A stretch of DNA of 64,000 nt from NCBI GenBank assembly GCA_965217585.1, contig OZ244561.1, positions 4,192,001 through 4,256,000 of the forward strand, read 5' to 3'. How positions within the stretch are numbered: the stretch's first letter is position 1; every line of letters begins with the position of its first letter. This document shows positions 42,697 through 52,932 of the stretch, piece after piece. The notes under the pieces are model-generated. The model worked only from the letters and a program-made list of their open reading frames with translations, was not told the DNA's origin and did no database searches. Both the position numbers and the translations under genes were made by a program. The stretch comes from Candidatus Latescibacterota bacterium. GTDB lineage: Bacteria > Latescibacterota > UBA2968 > UBA8231.

Positions 42697-44688
42697 TCAA
42701 AAATATCCCGACATGTAATTGTACCCTCCGGGAATTTTGGTGAAATAGCTGACTGCCAGCCAGAAACCAGCGGTGACGAACTGTCCCAAGATCAACCCTA
42801 AAAAAAAGGGGCGCGTCTTCAAATACAATTGGGGACCGCCGTACTTAATCACCACCATCTTGATCAGCCATGCCAGCAAGACGCTGAAAAACACGGTGCC
42901 GAAGAGCAGGCTGACCGGAAAACCGAGCGGGTGAAAAGGCCACCACAAGAAGCGCTGGCGCGCTACCATCAGCAGCCCCATGATGGTGCCCCCAATGCCC
43001 GTGTAGATCCAGTTTTCCCAGTGCGGCCCTTCGGGAACTTGCATGCGAAAAGCGGCATTTTCAAATGGATAGCGCGAACCCACGCCAAAAAACCACCCGT
43101 CTGTATTGATGCCGCCGTATTTATACGCTATGGCCAGCATGGCCCACACCGAGCTGGCGATAGCCACTAGGATGGCTACGACCATGCCCCAGAAAATCAA
43201 ACGCCGATTCCGCCTAATCGTCTCCTCGGCCAGCTTTAGACCATTGGCGCAGGAGGCCATCACAAAGGTGAGAATGTCGCTGGCCCAGATGAATGTGAAC
43301 GCCATCGCCACAATCCCCGAAGGGCCCAACGCCCGCGTCCCAAAGCCGGCCACCACGAAGTCCGAGGCCGTCATTGGGGCAAAAATGTAAACTATCCCCC
43401 CTTCAGCTACGATGCGCGTTAGACCGATGAAGAGAATGAAGGCCAGAAAAAGATAAAAGGGCGTGATCCAGGCCGGCATCCCCGACTGCCAAATCCACAC
43501 TCCCATAAAGAGCAGACTGCCGCCCAGCACTAGGACTGCTGCCCGGTAGGAGAGTATCTCGTCGCTGTCGTCGACGGCGGAGTTTTTCTGCAGCGCTTTG
43601 CTCAAGACGGCGCGCAAATGCCCTCGGGCGGTCCACAGGCCAAAGAGGACCAAGACGATGAAGGCACCCAGCCCCTGGTGGGCGACCATGGGGCCGCCGC
43701 GGGTGTAGACACTGAGCAGCGGATCGATTTTCTGGATCCCCAGATAGGCGAAGATGCCTTGCTGGATGACATTGAGCAGATGGAAGAAGCACAGGCCGAA
43801 GAGGATATCTCGGTTGACAAAATAGGAAAAGCCCAGCATCTGGAAGCTCAGAATGAACGGGATAGTGATGGTATCGCCGAAAAGGGAAAGTTGCGTGCCC
43901 CAATAGAGGCGAGGGATGGAGGGGAAATAGGGGTTGAGCCCGTTGAGGCTCTGGAGAATGGCCGGTATGGCAAAACCCAGCCACATCAGCGGATTTTTGA
44001 AAAACGGCTTGATCAGCGAGGGCCCGGTGGCGTCGTCCTGGATCATAGCAAGGGGCACCTGGACCACGGGAAAGACGAGGCGCTCGTGCTCGACCCACTG
44101 CTTGCGCAAGATCACCATAATGGAGATCATGGCCAAGTAGAGGGCTAGGACGAAGGGAATCCAGTAGGCCAGGGGCCGCAGCCACAGCATCCAGGGAATG
44201 CCTTGGCCTTTGGGCGCTCCTTCAAAAAAATTCTGTACCTGGGCGAAGTCGTGGTGGGGAATGATCCAGTCCGGGATGAAGGGGTGCAGCAATTCGGCCC
44301 AGTTGTTCTCGGGCGTAGCGTTGTAGATCGGACTGGTGATATCCGTCAGCAGAAAGCTGGTCAGGCCCCACTCGGGGATGGCGGTGGCCACGATCCACAT
44401 GATGTAGATCAGGGCGAGTTCGGCGCGATTGAGCATCCACGAGCGGCGGATCAGGCCCAGCGCGGTATTGCCAAAGAAAACCAGAACGAAGAACAGGATG
44501 AGGGCCGCAGGGGTATTGAAATACGAAGCGATGCGGGAGCCCTGCAGCACCATATTGCAGTAGAGAACACCGGCACCGATCGCCCCGGACCCCACGGCAC
44601 CGATGAGGAGCGCGCGAAAACCGGGAGCTTCAAAGGGGATTTTAGCCAAAGCAGATTTCCTGCACTTGGAATGTTTCGACTCTGGCAA
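42697..44688 (-). CDS. polytopic membrane protein, DUF6785/DUF6784-like (putative transporter)
   Basis: Many TM segments; RKQWVEHERLVFP, WWPFHPLGF and PFFLGLILG motifs. Confidence 0.7.
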   Translation of the reverse strand: MPESKHSKCRKSALAKIPFEAPGFRALLIGAVGSGAIGAGVLYCNMVLQGSRIASYFNTPAALILFFVLVFFGNTALGLIRRSWMLNRAELALIYIMWIVATAIPEWGLTSFLLTDITSPIYNATPENNWAELLHPFIPDWIIPHHDFAQVQNFFEGAPKGQGIPWMLWLRPLAYWIPFVLALYLAMISIMVILRKQWVEHERLVFPVVQVPLAMIQDDATGPSLIKPFFKNPLMWLGFAIPAILQSLNGLNPYFPSIPRLYWGTQLSLFGDTITIPFILSFQMLGFSYFVNRDILFGLCFFHLLNVIQQGIFAYLGIQKIDPLLSVYTRGGPMVAHQGLGAFIVLVLFGLWTARGHLRAVLSKALQKNSAVDDSDEILSYRAAVLVLGGSLLFMGVWIWQSGMPAWITPFYLFLAFILFIGLTRIVAEGGIVYIFAPMTASDFVVAGFGTRALGPSGIVAMAFTFIWASDILTFVMASCANGLKLAEETIRRNRRLIFWGMVVAILVAIASSVWAMLAIAYKYGGINTDGWFFGVGSRYPFENAAFRMQVPEGPHWENWIYTGIGGTIMGLLMVARQRFLWWPFHPLGFPVSLLFGTVFFSVLLAWLIKMVVIKYGGPQLYLKTRPFFLGLILGQFVTAGFWLAVSYFTKIPGGYNYMSGYF

Positions 44689-44699
44689 TTTTTATCTGC

Positions 44700-46409
44700 T
44701 CAGGGTTCCTCTGCCGAACTAGCCAGCAGGGCTTCTGGCAGGGCCTCTTTTAGACGGTCTGCATAAACCTCAGTCTGGTCCTGGTACTTCTGGTGCAGCC
44801 CGTTGAGCAACTCGTCAAAGCGCTGGCGTTCCAGGCGCTGGACCAGAGAGGCCCGCGCTCTTTTGCGGGCCTGTTCAAAGGGCTGTTGCCGTCCTTCCTC
44901 GCGCCTTAGAACCTTGAAGATGACATACCCTTCTCCAGCGAGTACAGGGCCGCGCAATTCTCCCACGGGTGCCGCCTTGAGAGCCTCCCATAGCTGGGGA
45001 TAGGCCACCTTGTAATACTTGTTCATACAGACCAAGCCATCCGTCCCCCGGCGCCTCGTAGGCAGATTTTTTGCCTTGGCCAGTTCCAATAGATGGGTGT
45101 CTTTATCGATTTCCGTCCTGAGATTTTGTCCTTCTGCCAGAGTGGGGGTCAGCAATTCATCAAAGCATATAAGTTCTGGAAGGTAGAATTTCTCGCGGTA
45201 TTCCTCGTAGAATTGCCGCACGTCCTCTTCGCTCGGCGAGATGCTGGCGCTGACTTCCCGCTGCCGCAGCTGGATCAGCATCAATTCTTCTTTTGCTGTC
45301 TCTATCCACTGTAGAACCTCCGGCTCCTCAGGGATACCGAGTCGGGCCGCCGCAACCCCAAACATGGCAGGTGTCAGCAAAAACCGGCGCGCCACCGAGG
45401 CGATGAAGGTGCTGTCCCGAAAAGCCTGCGGATTAGCGATTCTATGGGCGCGCAATACCTCGAGGTACTCGCCCAGGGCGATCTCGTTCCCCTCGTACAT
45501 GAAGAGCGGGACCTCGCTCTGCTCTGCGGTGAACGACACCCTCTCCTTTCCCTTTGCCGACTTTGCACCTTGGCGCAAAAGCGCCAATCCTTCCGGTGCC
45601 ATGCGCCAGCCGAGTTCATGGGCCAGTAATTCCACTTTCTGAGCTTCTATCTCCTGGGCCTTCTCTGCCACCAACTGCCGTGCGATCCTAGTCCGATAGA
45701 CTTCCAGATCTGCGCGGCGGTCTGCCAAGAAGCGGACCAGTTGGTAATTCTCCCCAATGGAAAGGAGAGGCGATACGACGCCCGTTTGCAGCGAGTCAAA
45801 TACAGCTACGGGTATCCCCATGCGCTCAGCCCGGGGGCGATTGACAAATCTTATCTCTCCTCCTCGCTCGGCCGACCTAGTGTCCAACGAATGGGTCCGG
45901 GCCAGTACCGCAAAACTGTCGCCTTTGTGGATCTGCTGCCGGATCCACTGACCCTCGTCTTCGGTCTCCACGACGATAGTGGCGAGAAAACGCTCCTGGG
46001 CCATTGCCCGTTCTGCAAAAAAGCGGTGGATCTCCTCCTCGGAAACCGCAATCTGCGGTCTGATTTCCCGTTTAAAAAAGATCGCGACGATATGCTCCTG
46101 CTCTTTGGCCCTGTGCGCTTTGAGCAATTCGGGATCTTTGTCCAGTCCCTGGTCGTAGGCTTCCACGAGCAGAACCTGCCGGTCAATCAGGGTTTGCAGA
46201 TAGTCCTCCCTGGCCTTCTGCCCTTCTTCGTTCGAGCGCAGTCCCGGCAGCAGATTGAGCACGAATTTGCGCACATCTCCCGCAGTGATTTGTCGCTCTC
46301 CCACTACAGCCACGACGTCTTCCCGAGGCTCCCGGCCGCAGGTGGCCAAGGCGCAGAGCAATCCTATAAAAAACAGCACGGAGGAAGGGGTTACACTGGC
46401 TCTTTTCAT
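44700..46409 (-). CDS. parvulin/SurA-PrsA-like peptidylprolyl isomerase, probable lipoprotein
   Basis: VVAVVGERQIT, SFAVLARTHSLD..SAERGGEI, two PPIase-like halves. Confidence 0.8.
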   Translation of the reverse strand: MKRASVTPSSVLFFIGLLCALATCGREPREDVVAVVGERQITAGDVRKFVLNLLPGLRSNEEGQKAREDYLQTLIDRQVLLVEAYDQGLDKDPELLKAHRAKEQEHIVAIFFKREIRPQIAVSEEEIHRFFAERAMAQERFLATIVVETEDEGQWIRQQIHKGDSFAVLARTHSLDTRSAERGGEIRFVNRPRAERMGIPVAVFDSLQTGVVSPLLSIGENYQLVRFLADRRADLEVYRTRIARQLVAEKAQEIEAQKVELLAHELGWRMAPEGLALLRQGAKSAKGKERVSFTAEQSEVPLFMYEGNEIALGEYLEVLRAHRIANPQAFRDSTFIASVARRFLLTPAMFGVAAARLGIPEEPEVLQWIETAKEELMLIQLRQREVSASISPSEEDVRQFYEEYREKFYLPELICFDELLTPTLAEGQNLRTEIDKDTHLLELAKAKNLPTRRRGTDGLVCMNKYYKVAYPQLWEALKAAPVGELRGPVLAGEGYVIFKVLRREEGRQQPFEQARKRARASLVQRLERQRFDELLNGLHQKYQDQTEVYADRLKEALPEALLASSAEEP

Positions 46410-46870
46410 TTTCTCTATTTAAGGTGGCCCAGGACAGTAAACGACAGACTTGGATGTAGGAAATGATCGGGGATTGGGGGCCGTCAGCCGGAAAATCGAA
46501 AACCCACTTGGCTTGCTGCAATATATCTGGCAAAACTACCTGATGCAAGCTCGCTTGAATTTTCGCTTTTGCCGGAACTTGTATGCATTAATAGTTCGGA
46601 CACTTTTTGCACTTTTGGCCCAATTTGGCAAAAATAATATTTTCATAAATTATCAAAAATAAATAAGTTGTATTTATCTTGTCTATCTTTTGCTCTTCTT
46701 GTTTTTTGCTTGACCCAGACTGTTGAATTGAGTATTTATACAAACACATAAATTCAAAATACTCCTGAAATCACCATAGCCCTGTTGTCAAACTCGAGAA
46801 AGGAGGTGGATTTAGACAAGGGCAAGCACCACCAGAACTGTCTCTTTATTTTCTAGCTAAGGAGGAATAT

Positions 46871-47755
46871 ATGCGAAGGGTATGGACATCGGTTGTTCTC
46901 CTGACCCTGTGCATGGCAGTTGGGGCATGGGGGCACGCGTGGAACAATTCGTTATTCTTCGCCGTTCAGTTCCCGGACGAGAATGTTCCGGTGGTGGACG
47001 GCAACCTCGCCGATTGGGCTGTGGTACCCGACGTACCCTATCTGATCGGCAGCGAGGTGCTGGCCGACTCGTATTACGCCAATAATGAACAGGGCGAAAT
47101 CGATGTCAGCGATATGGCCATCCGCTCGTTTTGGGGCTGGAACGACAACAACGACCGGCTCTACGCCATGGCCGAAGTCTTCGACGATAAACATATTACG
47201 GATCGCTCTGCCCCAGACGAGTGGTGGGCCGACGATGCGTGGGAGATCTACATCGATGTGGCCCACCTCGATATCGAAGAGCAGAGATGGGAGGACGGTA
47301 CCAGGCAGTCTTGGAACGTATCCGTCCCCATAGCCGCCGATAACCTGGGTCAGATGCTCCCGGCACATGCCTGGCGCACAGATCCAGACACCAGCCCCTA
47401 CTGGGGTTTCGGCTGGAGTTTCGAGGGCGAGGAATACGGCGAGAGCACCTACTTTTACGAGATCTGGATGCAGCCCTTCGAGTTTATCGCGGAGGACGGC
47501 AATCTAGATAATTCACCTCTCGCACCACTCGAAGTAGACCAACTCATTCACATGAGCATGGCCTTCGACGATGACGATGACGGAGGCACCGAGCGCACGA
47601 ACTTTTGGACTACTACAGATGGTGGGTGCTGTAAGGCCGATAGCGATATGATTCTAAACGAACTGGATGATAGCATTGACTGGGGCTCCCAGGAGGTCAC
47701 AGCCGTGCAGGCCGATTCTTGGGGTCGCATCAAGTCCCAGTTTATTACCCAGTAG
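46871..47755 (+). CDS. secreted acidic protein with CBM9/DOMON-like domain and WGxIK tail
   Basis: Signal peptide, PVVDGNLADW, LYAMAEVFDD, DAWEIYID; ends TAVQADSWGRIKSQF; AAGGAGG RBS. Confidence 0.75.
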   Translation: MRRVWTSVVLLTLCMAVGAWGHAWNNSLFFAVQFPDENVPVVDGNLADWAVVPDVPYLIGSEVLADSYYANNEQGEIDVSDMAIRSFWGWNDNNDRLYAMAEVFDDKHITDRSAPDEWWADDAWEIYIDVAHLDIEEQRWEDGTRQSWNVSVPIAADNLGQMLPAHAWRTDPDTSPYWGFGWSFEGEEYGESTYFYEIWMQPFEFIAEDGNLDNSPLAPLEVDQLIHMSMAFDDDDDGGTERTNFWTTTDGGCCKADSDMILNELDDSIDWGSQEVTAVQADSWGRIKSQFITQ

Positions 47756-47818
47756 CCGTAGAGTCATATCATGCGTCGCCCGTGTGGCGACTTCACTTTG
47801 CAGTTTGCTTCATTCCAC

Positions 47819-47853
47819 GGGCGGTGGGCGCTTCAATCCACCGTCCTTTTTTT
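47819..47853 (+). terminator. intrinsic terminator
   Basis: GGGCGGTGG-loop-CCACCGTCC followed by T7. Confidence 0.65.
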
Positions 47854-47946
47854 ATCGTTCCACAGGAGGTCTATCCGCTTTGACCGGGGGCGTGCATTTT
47901 CTTGCACTGCGCCATTTTACCACCGCCCTCCGCGGAGGAAATACCC

Positions 47947-50679
47947 ATGAAAACGTCGTCTCATCTCTTTAAAATAGTATGCGCGTTTGCACTCTGGCTG
48001 CTAGGGCCAGAGCATCTGGCCTTGGCGCAGGACTACGGTAGCCGTCTGGGAGTTCGCCGGGGTGGAGAGGTGAGCTTCGAACCCCAGGGATCGGGCGTCC
48101 TCTTCGATGCCTTGGACCCGGCGGTGAAAAGATGGTATATCCCCCAGGAACTTTACAGCGAATACAACTGGAGACAATGGGAGTATTCCAACTACGCCCG
48201 CGATCTTTACCAGCGCTATGTAGATACTGCACTGGAAGGCGATTATTTCTACGATCTCTTCGGCAACTTTGTTACCAAAGGATGGCTGATCCTCCTCAAT
48301 GAACAGAGCCAGCCTCTGCAACAGGGCAATCGGCTGTTCAAGGACATGAGATTCAGAAACTGGTTCAGTGGGTTGGTCATTGCCTCGGACACCAAGGGCC
48401 AGTACCACTACGCTATCACCATGGGAGACGCCATTCGCACCACCCTGACGCCTATGACCTTCTCCAAACCCAGTTTTGACGGGGTCCAATTCGACCTAGC
48501 CACTGACAAATACATGATCACTTTCCTCTATTCCAGAGCCAGCAGTGCGGGGGGATCGGTGACGCCCGACGACGGCCTCAACCGGACTAACAATACCCTC
48601 TTGATGGGCGGACGCACCACCGTCCAGGTCGGCGACTTTACCACCCTGGGTTTCAATTTTGTCAATGCCCACCAGTCCAACACCCTCACGGACGGTTTCA
48701 GCGGCAATCCGCTCAGCGGAGAGTTGACCGTAGACCAGAAGGTAGAGCCGATCTCTTGGATCGAGGTTCTCCTCAGCGATGATTCGCCGGGGGACAACGA
48801 AGGAGGAGCGGCCTTCTTTCCAGCGGGCTCAGACATCACCATTACTTACCTAGACGGCACCGAGGAACGCGGCAAGGAAATCGGCTTTGAGCCGGTCGCC
48901 GAAGGGGGCTTTCCGCGCGAGGGATTTATCTCTGCAGACGGCAACGAACAGATCAAGTTGCGCTACGATTTCAACAGCGCCGATTTTCTGCTCACTGCTG
49001 CCCAAGACAAGACCCAGATCAGAAAAGTCGAATTCGACTTGGTCTTGGGCAATGATTACAAGGTACAGGTCACTTCCGACCGCCAGACGGATCGCAGTGG
49101 TGCGCCCGTATTTCTGCTGGTCACCCAAGCGAGGAACAATGTAAAAGACAATACCAATATCAAGGTGGTCTCCTTTGAATACGGTCTGCCCACGGCCACC
49201 CAGATCTATGGCTTTACGGTAGAATTCGCCGATGTGATGGGTTTTGACGTATACGGAGAATTCGACAACAGCCGGGTGTACAGGAAGTATCCCTACCCCA
49301 GCACCGACCAGGGCAACACCGATCACAGTACTTCGTCGGGTATCTCGGGCAAATCCTCGGCCAATGCTTGGATGATCAATCTGTCCAAAAAAGAGTACCC
49401 GTGGTTTTTATTCGGCGAGGCCTTCGCCATGGATCGGGATTACGCCAGCACTACCTATCTCACCGAGGGCGACGGAAAGATGGATTACACCTCCGGCTAT
49501 TTCGAAAACGGGGAGAACAGCAGCATCACCGAGCGCTTCCTGTGGGAGTTCGTAGAGGACAACGACGACCAGGACCGCATCCCCGACTGGGGCCGCAACG
49601 ACGCTCTCAGTACGGACCGGGCGGTATTTCCCGGCTGGGATGAGAACAACGACTTTGTCCCCGACTTCAACCAGAACGACAATACGCGCCGAACCAACTT
49701 GGTTCCCGACTACGAAGAGCCCTTCCTGAGGCAAAACGTCGACCGACCGGAATTCCTCTATGGCATAGACGCCAACAACAACGCTTGGATAGACCGGTTC
49801 GAGAACGACAACGAACCCGATTTCCCCTACAAGCGGGACCGCCGGGGATTCAATGTCTATGGTGGAGCCTATGTAACCCCGCGGATGCGCATTACCTTTG
49901 GTCACCTCCGCGACGAGAAAATCTCCACTGATCAGAGGAATTACGCCACCTACGGCCTGCTCAATATCGACCTAGAGCACCAGATCTGGGGACGGCTCCG
50001 GATCCTAGAGGTAGTTAAGAGTATAAAGGATGACATTGCCGATAATTTGCTCCAGTGGGACAATAGAAGCGGCATAAGAAGCGATCGCAACATCGAAGTG
50101 GTCGATCCAATGCTCGGCCGCGACACTTTTTTTAATTCGCTCTACATCGGCCACGAGTACTCGCCCCAAAAGAACCTGACCTTCAAAAACTCGCTCAAAC
50201 ACGACCTCTGGCACCAGCGCATGGACGCGGCCGAGCGCGCTACTTTCGGCCTAGAGTCTGATGAGTTCTTCTTCGGCATCATCAACAAGCTGGAGTACTT
50301 TTACGAATTGGGCCGAGTTCGCCTCATGCCGCGGTGGAAGAGCGAGTACCGTCGGTCGACCTACGATCTCTTCTCGCAACAGGATCGGGACGAATTGACG
50401 GAGATATTCGGCACCATCGTCCGGCTGCCGTTTCTGGCACGCACCACCTTGACGATGGGAATCGAGTACGTCCTCTTCAAGGATCTGGATGCAAAAATCA
50501 ATAATTTCCAGTCCTTTATTACCGCCGGCCAACTCACCAATACATCCGCCTATCAGGGTTATGAATTGAACACTCAGGTCGGCCTGAAATTCGATGCACG
50601 CGATTTTGAGGATCCCGGCGTCAAGACCAAGACCATACTCGAAGCATTCATCACGGTGTACGCGGGGCTAGGGGAATAG
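47947..50679 (+). CDS. large secreted or outer-membrane hypothetical protein with Asp-rich repeats
   Basis: Signal peptide ending ALA-Q; DNDDQD, DENND and DANNN repeats; amphipathic aromatic beta-strands in the C-terminal third. Confidence 0.72.
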   Translation: MKTSSHLFKIVCAFALWLLGPEHLALAQDYGSRLGVRRGGEVSFEPQGSGVLFDALDPAVKRWYIPQELYSEYNWRQWEYSNYARDLYQRYVDTALEGDYFYDLFGNFVTKGWLILLNEQSQPLQQGNRLFKDMRFRNWFSGLVIASDTKGQYHYAITMGDAIRTTLTPMTFSKPSFDGVQFDLATDKYMITFLYSRASSAGGSVTPDDGLNRTNNTLLMGGRTTVQVGDFTTLGFNFVNAHQSNTLTDGFSGNPLSGELTVDQKVEPISWIEVLLSDDSPGDNEGGAAFFPAGSDITITYLDGTEERGKEIGFEPVAEGGFPREGFISADGNEQIKLRYDFNSADFLLTAAQDKTQIRKVEFDLVLGNDYKVQVTSDRQTDRSGAPVFLLVTQARNNVKDNTNIKVVSFEYGLPTATQIYGFTVEFADVMGFDVYGEFDNSRVYRKYPYPSTDQGNTDHSTSSGISGKSSANAWMINLSKKEYPWFLFGEAFAMDRDYASTTYLTEGDGKMDYTSGYFENGENSSITERFLWEFVEDNDDQDRIPDWGRNDALSTDRAVFPGWDENNDFVPDFNQNDNTRRTNLVPDYEEPFLRQNVDRPEFLYGIDANNNAWIDRFENDNEPDFPYKRDRRGFNVYGGAYVTPRMRITFGHLRDEKISTDQRNYATYGLLNIDLEHQIWGRLRILEVVKSIKDDIADNLLQWDNRSGIRSDRNIEVVDPMLGRDTFFNSLYIGHEYSPQKNLTFKNSLKHDLWHQRMDAAERATFGLESDEFFFGIINKLEYFYELGRVRLMPRWKSEYRRSTYDLFSQQDRDELTEIFGTIVRLPFLARTTLTMGIEYVLFKDLDAKINNFQSFITAGQLTNTSAYQGYELNTQVGLKFDARDFEDPGVKTKTILEAFITVYAGLGE

Positions 50680-50689
50680 CTCGGCTTAG

Positions 50690-52924
50690 ATGACAAAGAG
50701 AGAACGACTGCTCGTCGGCCTGCTGGGACTTATTGCCTTCGGTCTGCGCTGTCTCTACGTCTACCAGAGCGAAGCTAGCCCGTTTTTCGACTTCCCCCAG
50801 GTCGACGCCAAAACCTACACTCAAGCCGCGACCCGGATGGCCGTGGACGGCCATTGGCGAGGCGACCCGACCCCCTTCTGGCAGCCTCCGCTCTATCCCT
50901 ACTTCCTCGGCCTAGTATTCGCACTCTTTGGTCCCGACTACTACATTGCCCGCCTCGTCCAGGCCGTCTTGGGAGCGGTGAACTGCGTACTCATCTACTT
51001 TTTGGGACGCCGGATATTCTCTAGTGCCGTGGGACTTGCAGCGGCTGGCCTCGCCGCCATCTACGGCCCTCTGCTCTTCTTTGACGCCGAATTTCTACCT
51101 CCAGTACTGGCTGTATTTCTCGATCTGTTGCTCATCCTCTCCCTGCTGTGGGCGACTTCCGGAGGTTATCTGAGGCGCTTGGTACCCGGCTTGCTCTTCG
51201 GCCTTGCCGCGCTGTGCGTGGCCAATATCCTCCTCTTTCTGCCTTTTGCCCTCGGGTGGCTTCTATGGCGGGACGCTAACCTCCCTTGGAAACAGCGCCT
51301 GCTGCGCACCTTTCCCCTTCTCCTAGGTGCCCTCCTAGTCATCGCTCCAGTCTCGCTACGCAACTACTTGGTGGGCAACGATTGGGTGCTGATCTCGTCC
51401 AATGCGGGGATCAACTTCTTCATCGGCAACAACGCCGACTACCACAAGACTGTGTCCATTCAGCCCGGCCCCGAATGGCGGAAGCTGGTCGCCAGACCTA
51501 AGAGCGAAGCCGGCCTCGACCGTCCTTCGCAGAAATCCCATTTCTTTTTCTCCCGAGCCTGGGAATTCATCCGCACCCACCCTTTGGACTATGGTCGCCT
51601 CCTGCTCGACAAGATCTATCTCTTTTGGCATGGCCACGAGATCGGCCGCAACCAGGACCTCTACTATGCCCGCAACTTCTCCGCCCTGCTGAGTATGCTG
51701 CTGTGGAAGTCCTCCATTGCCTTCCCCTTCGGGGTGCTGGCTCCTCTGGCCCTGCTGGGCATCGGTCTTTTGTGGAGAGAAGGGCTGCACCGCAAATCCG
51801 GCTCTGCTCTCCTCCTGCTCTTTCTTTTCTCCTATGCCCTCTCGGTCGTCCTCTTCTTCGCAACAGCGCGCTATCGCCTGCCCGTCGTGCCGGTCTTGCT
51901 CCTGTTCGCCGTCCATGGTGCCAAGCGGTGCTACTGCCTCGCGCAAGAGCGGCAGATGCGTCCTCTTATCGGCGCAGCCATCGCCGGTCTGTCCCTGTTG
52001 GCAGTGAGCAATTTCCGAGTGGGGGGCATGGAGGAGGATGCAGAGATCCACTATCGGCTGGGTATGGTATTTCAGCAGCAAGGCCTGCCCGCCAATGCTA
52101 TCGCTGCCTACCGCCAAGCCCTCGCCCTAGATTCGACCCTGCAGGAGTCGCGTTTCAACCTGGGCTCGCTCTACGCCCGGCAGGGACGTTACCAGAAGGC
52201 AATCGCCGAGTATCAGCAGTTTATCGAGCACTTTCCCGAGCATCCCGAGGCCCGCTATAGCTTGGGCAATGTCTTCTTAAAAATTCAGAACTACGGCGAT
52301 GCCTTGGCTCAGTACGAGCAACTTCTTGCAGAGGATGCGGAGGTGGACAAGGTCGATATCCAGGGACTGGTGGCCTATACCTATGTGCAGTTGGGACAAT
52401 TGGAACAGGCCACTCGAGCCTATGAGGATCTGCTCCAGAGCAGGCCGGATTCCCTCAACGCCCGCTATCAGTTGGGACGCGTGTACGAGGCGCGGCAAAT
52501 GCCTGTGGCAGCCGGGCGGGAATACGCCCAGATCTTGGAGCGAGATTCGACCCATGTAGAAGCTCGCTACCGCCTAGCGCTTTTCGCCCTTCGCGGGAAC
52601 GAGTCCGCCGCGAGCAAGGAGCACCTGCAGCTCCTCATCGCCCACAATCCGAACCACATCCAGGGGCGCTGGCTCCTAGCGGCGCAATACGTTATCGAGC
52701 ACAGAGGGGTTGCAGCGCTGGAACAGCTCGAAACCATCCTCGAGATCGAGCCGACCCATATCCAGGCCAACTGGCTAGCGGGCCACTTGACCTATATGGT
52801 CAGAGGGGATACCCTGGCTGGCCGGGCCAAAGTGGATCTGTCTACCAAATATTCTATTGAGAAAAGGGCCCAAGAGTTGGGGAGTATCTTAAGACAGAGG
52901 TTCGAAGACGTGGTGTCCAAATAG
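50690..52924 (+). CDS. GT39/ArnT-like membrane glycosyltransferase fused to TPR repeats
   Basis: DAKTY, QPPLYPYFLG, GINFFIGNN, ARYRLP; C-terminal TPR array. Confidence 0.82.
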   Translation: MTKRERLLVGLLGLIAFGLRCLYVYQSEASPFFDFPQVDAKTYTQAATRMAVDGHWRGDPTPFWQPPLYPYFLGLVFALFGPDYYIARLVQAVLGAVNCVLIYFLGRRIFSSAVGLAAAGLAAIYGPLLFFDAEFLPPVLAVFLDLLLILSLLWATSGGYLRRLVPGLLFGLAALCVANILLFLPFALGWLLWRDANLPWKQRLLRTFPLLLGALLVIAPVSLRNYLVGNDWVLISSNAGINFFIGNNADYHKTVSIQPGPEWRKLVARPKSEAGLDRPSQKSHFFFSRAWEFIRTHPLDYGRLLLDKIYLFWHGHEIGRNQDLYYARNFSALLSMLLWKSSIAFPFGVLAPLALLGIGLLWREGLHRKSGSALLLLFLFSYALSVVLFFATARYRLPVVPVLLLFAVHGAKRCYCLAQERQMRPLIGAAIAGLSLLAVSNFRVGGMEEDAEIHYRLGMVFQQQGLPANAIAAYRQALALDSTLQESRFNLGSLYARQGRYQKAIAEYQQFIEHFPEHPEARYSLGNVFLKIQNYGDALAQYEQLLAEDAEVDKVDIQGLVAYTYVQLGQLEQATRAYEDLLQSRPDSLNARYQLGRVYEARQMPVAAGREYAQILERDSTHVEARYRLALFALRGNESAASKEHLQLLIAHNPNHIQGRWLLAAQYVIEHRGVAALEQLETILEIEPTHIQANWLAGHLTYMVRGDTLAGRAKVDLSTKYSIEKRAQELGSILRQRFEDVVSK

Positions 52925-52932
52925 GTGCACTA

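Noticed and set aside
46710-46738. sigma70 promoter TTGACC-N17-TATTTA
   Set aside because: The -10 element lacks the conserved final T, and AT-rich DNA gives many weak matches
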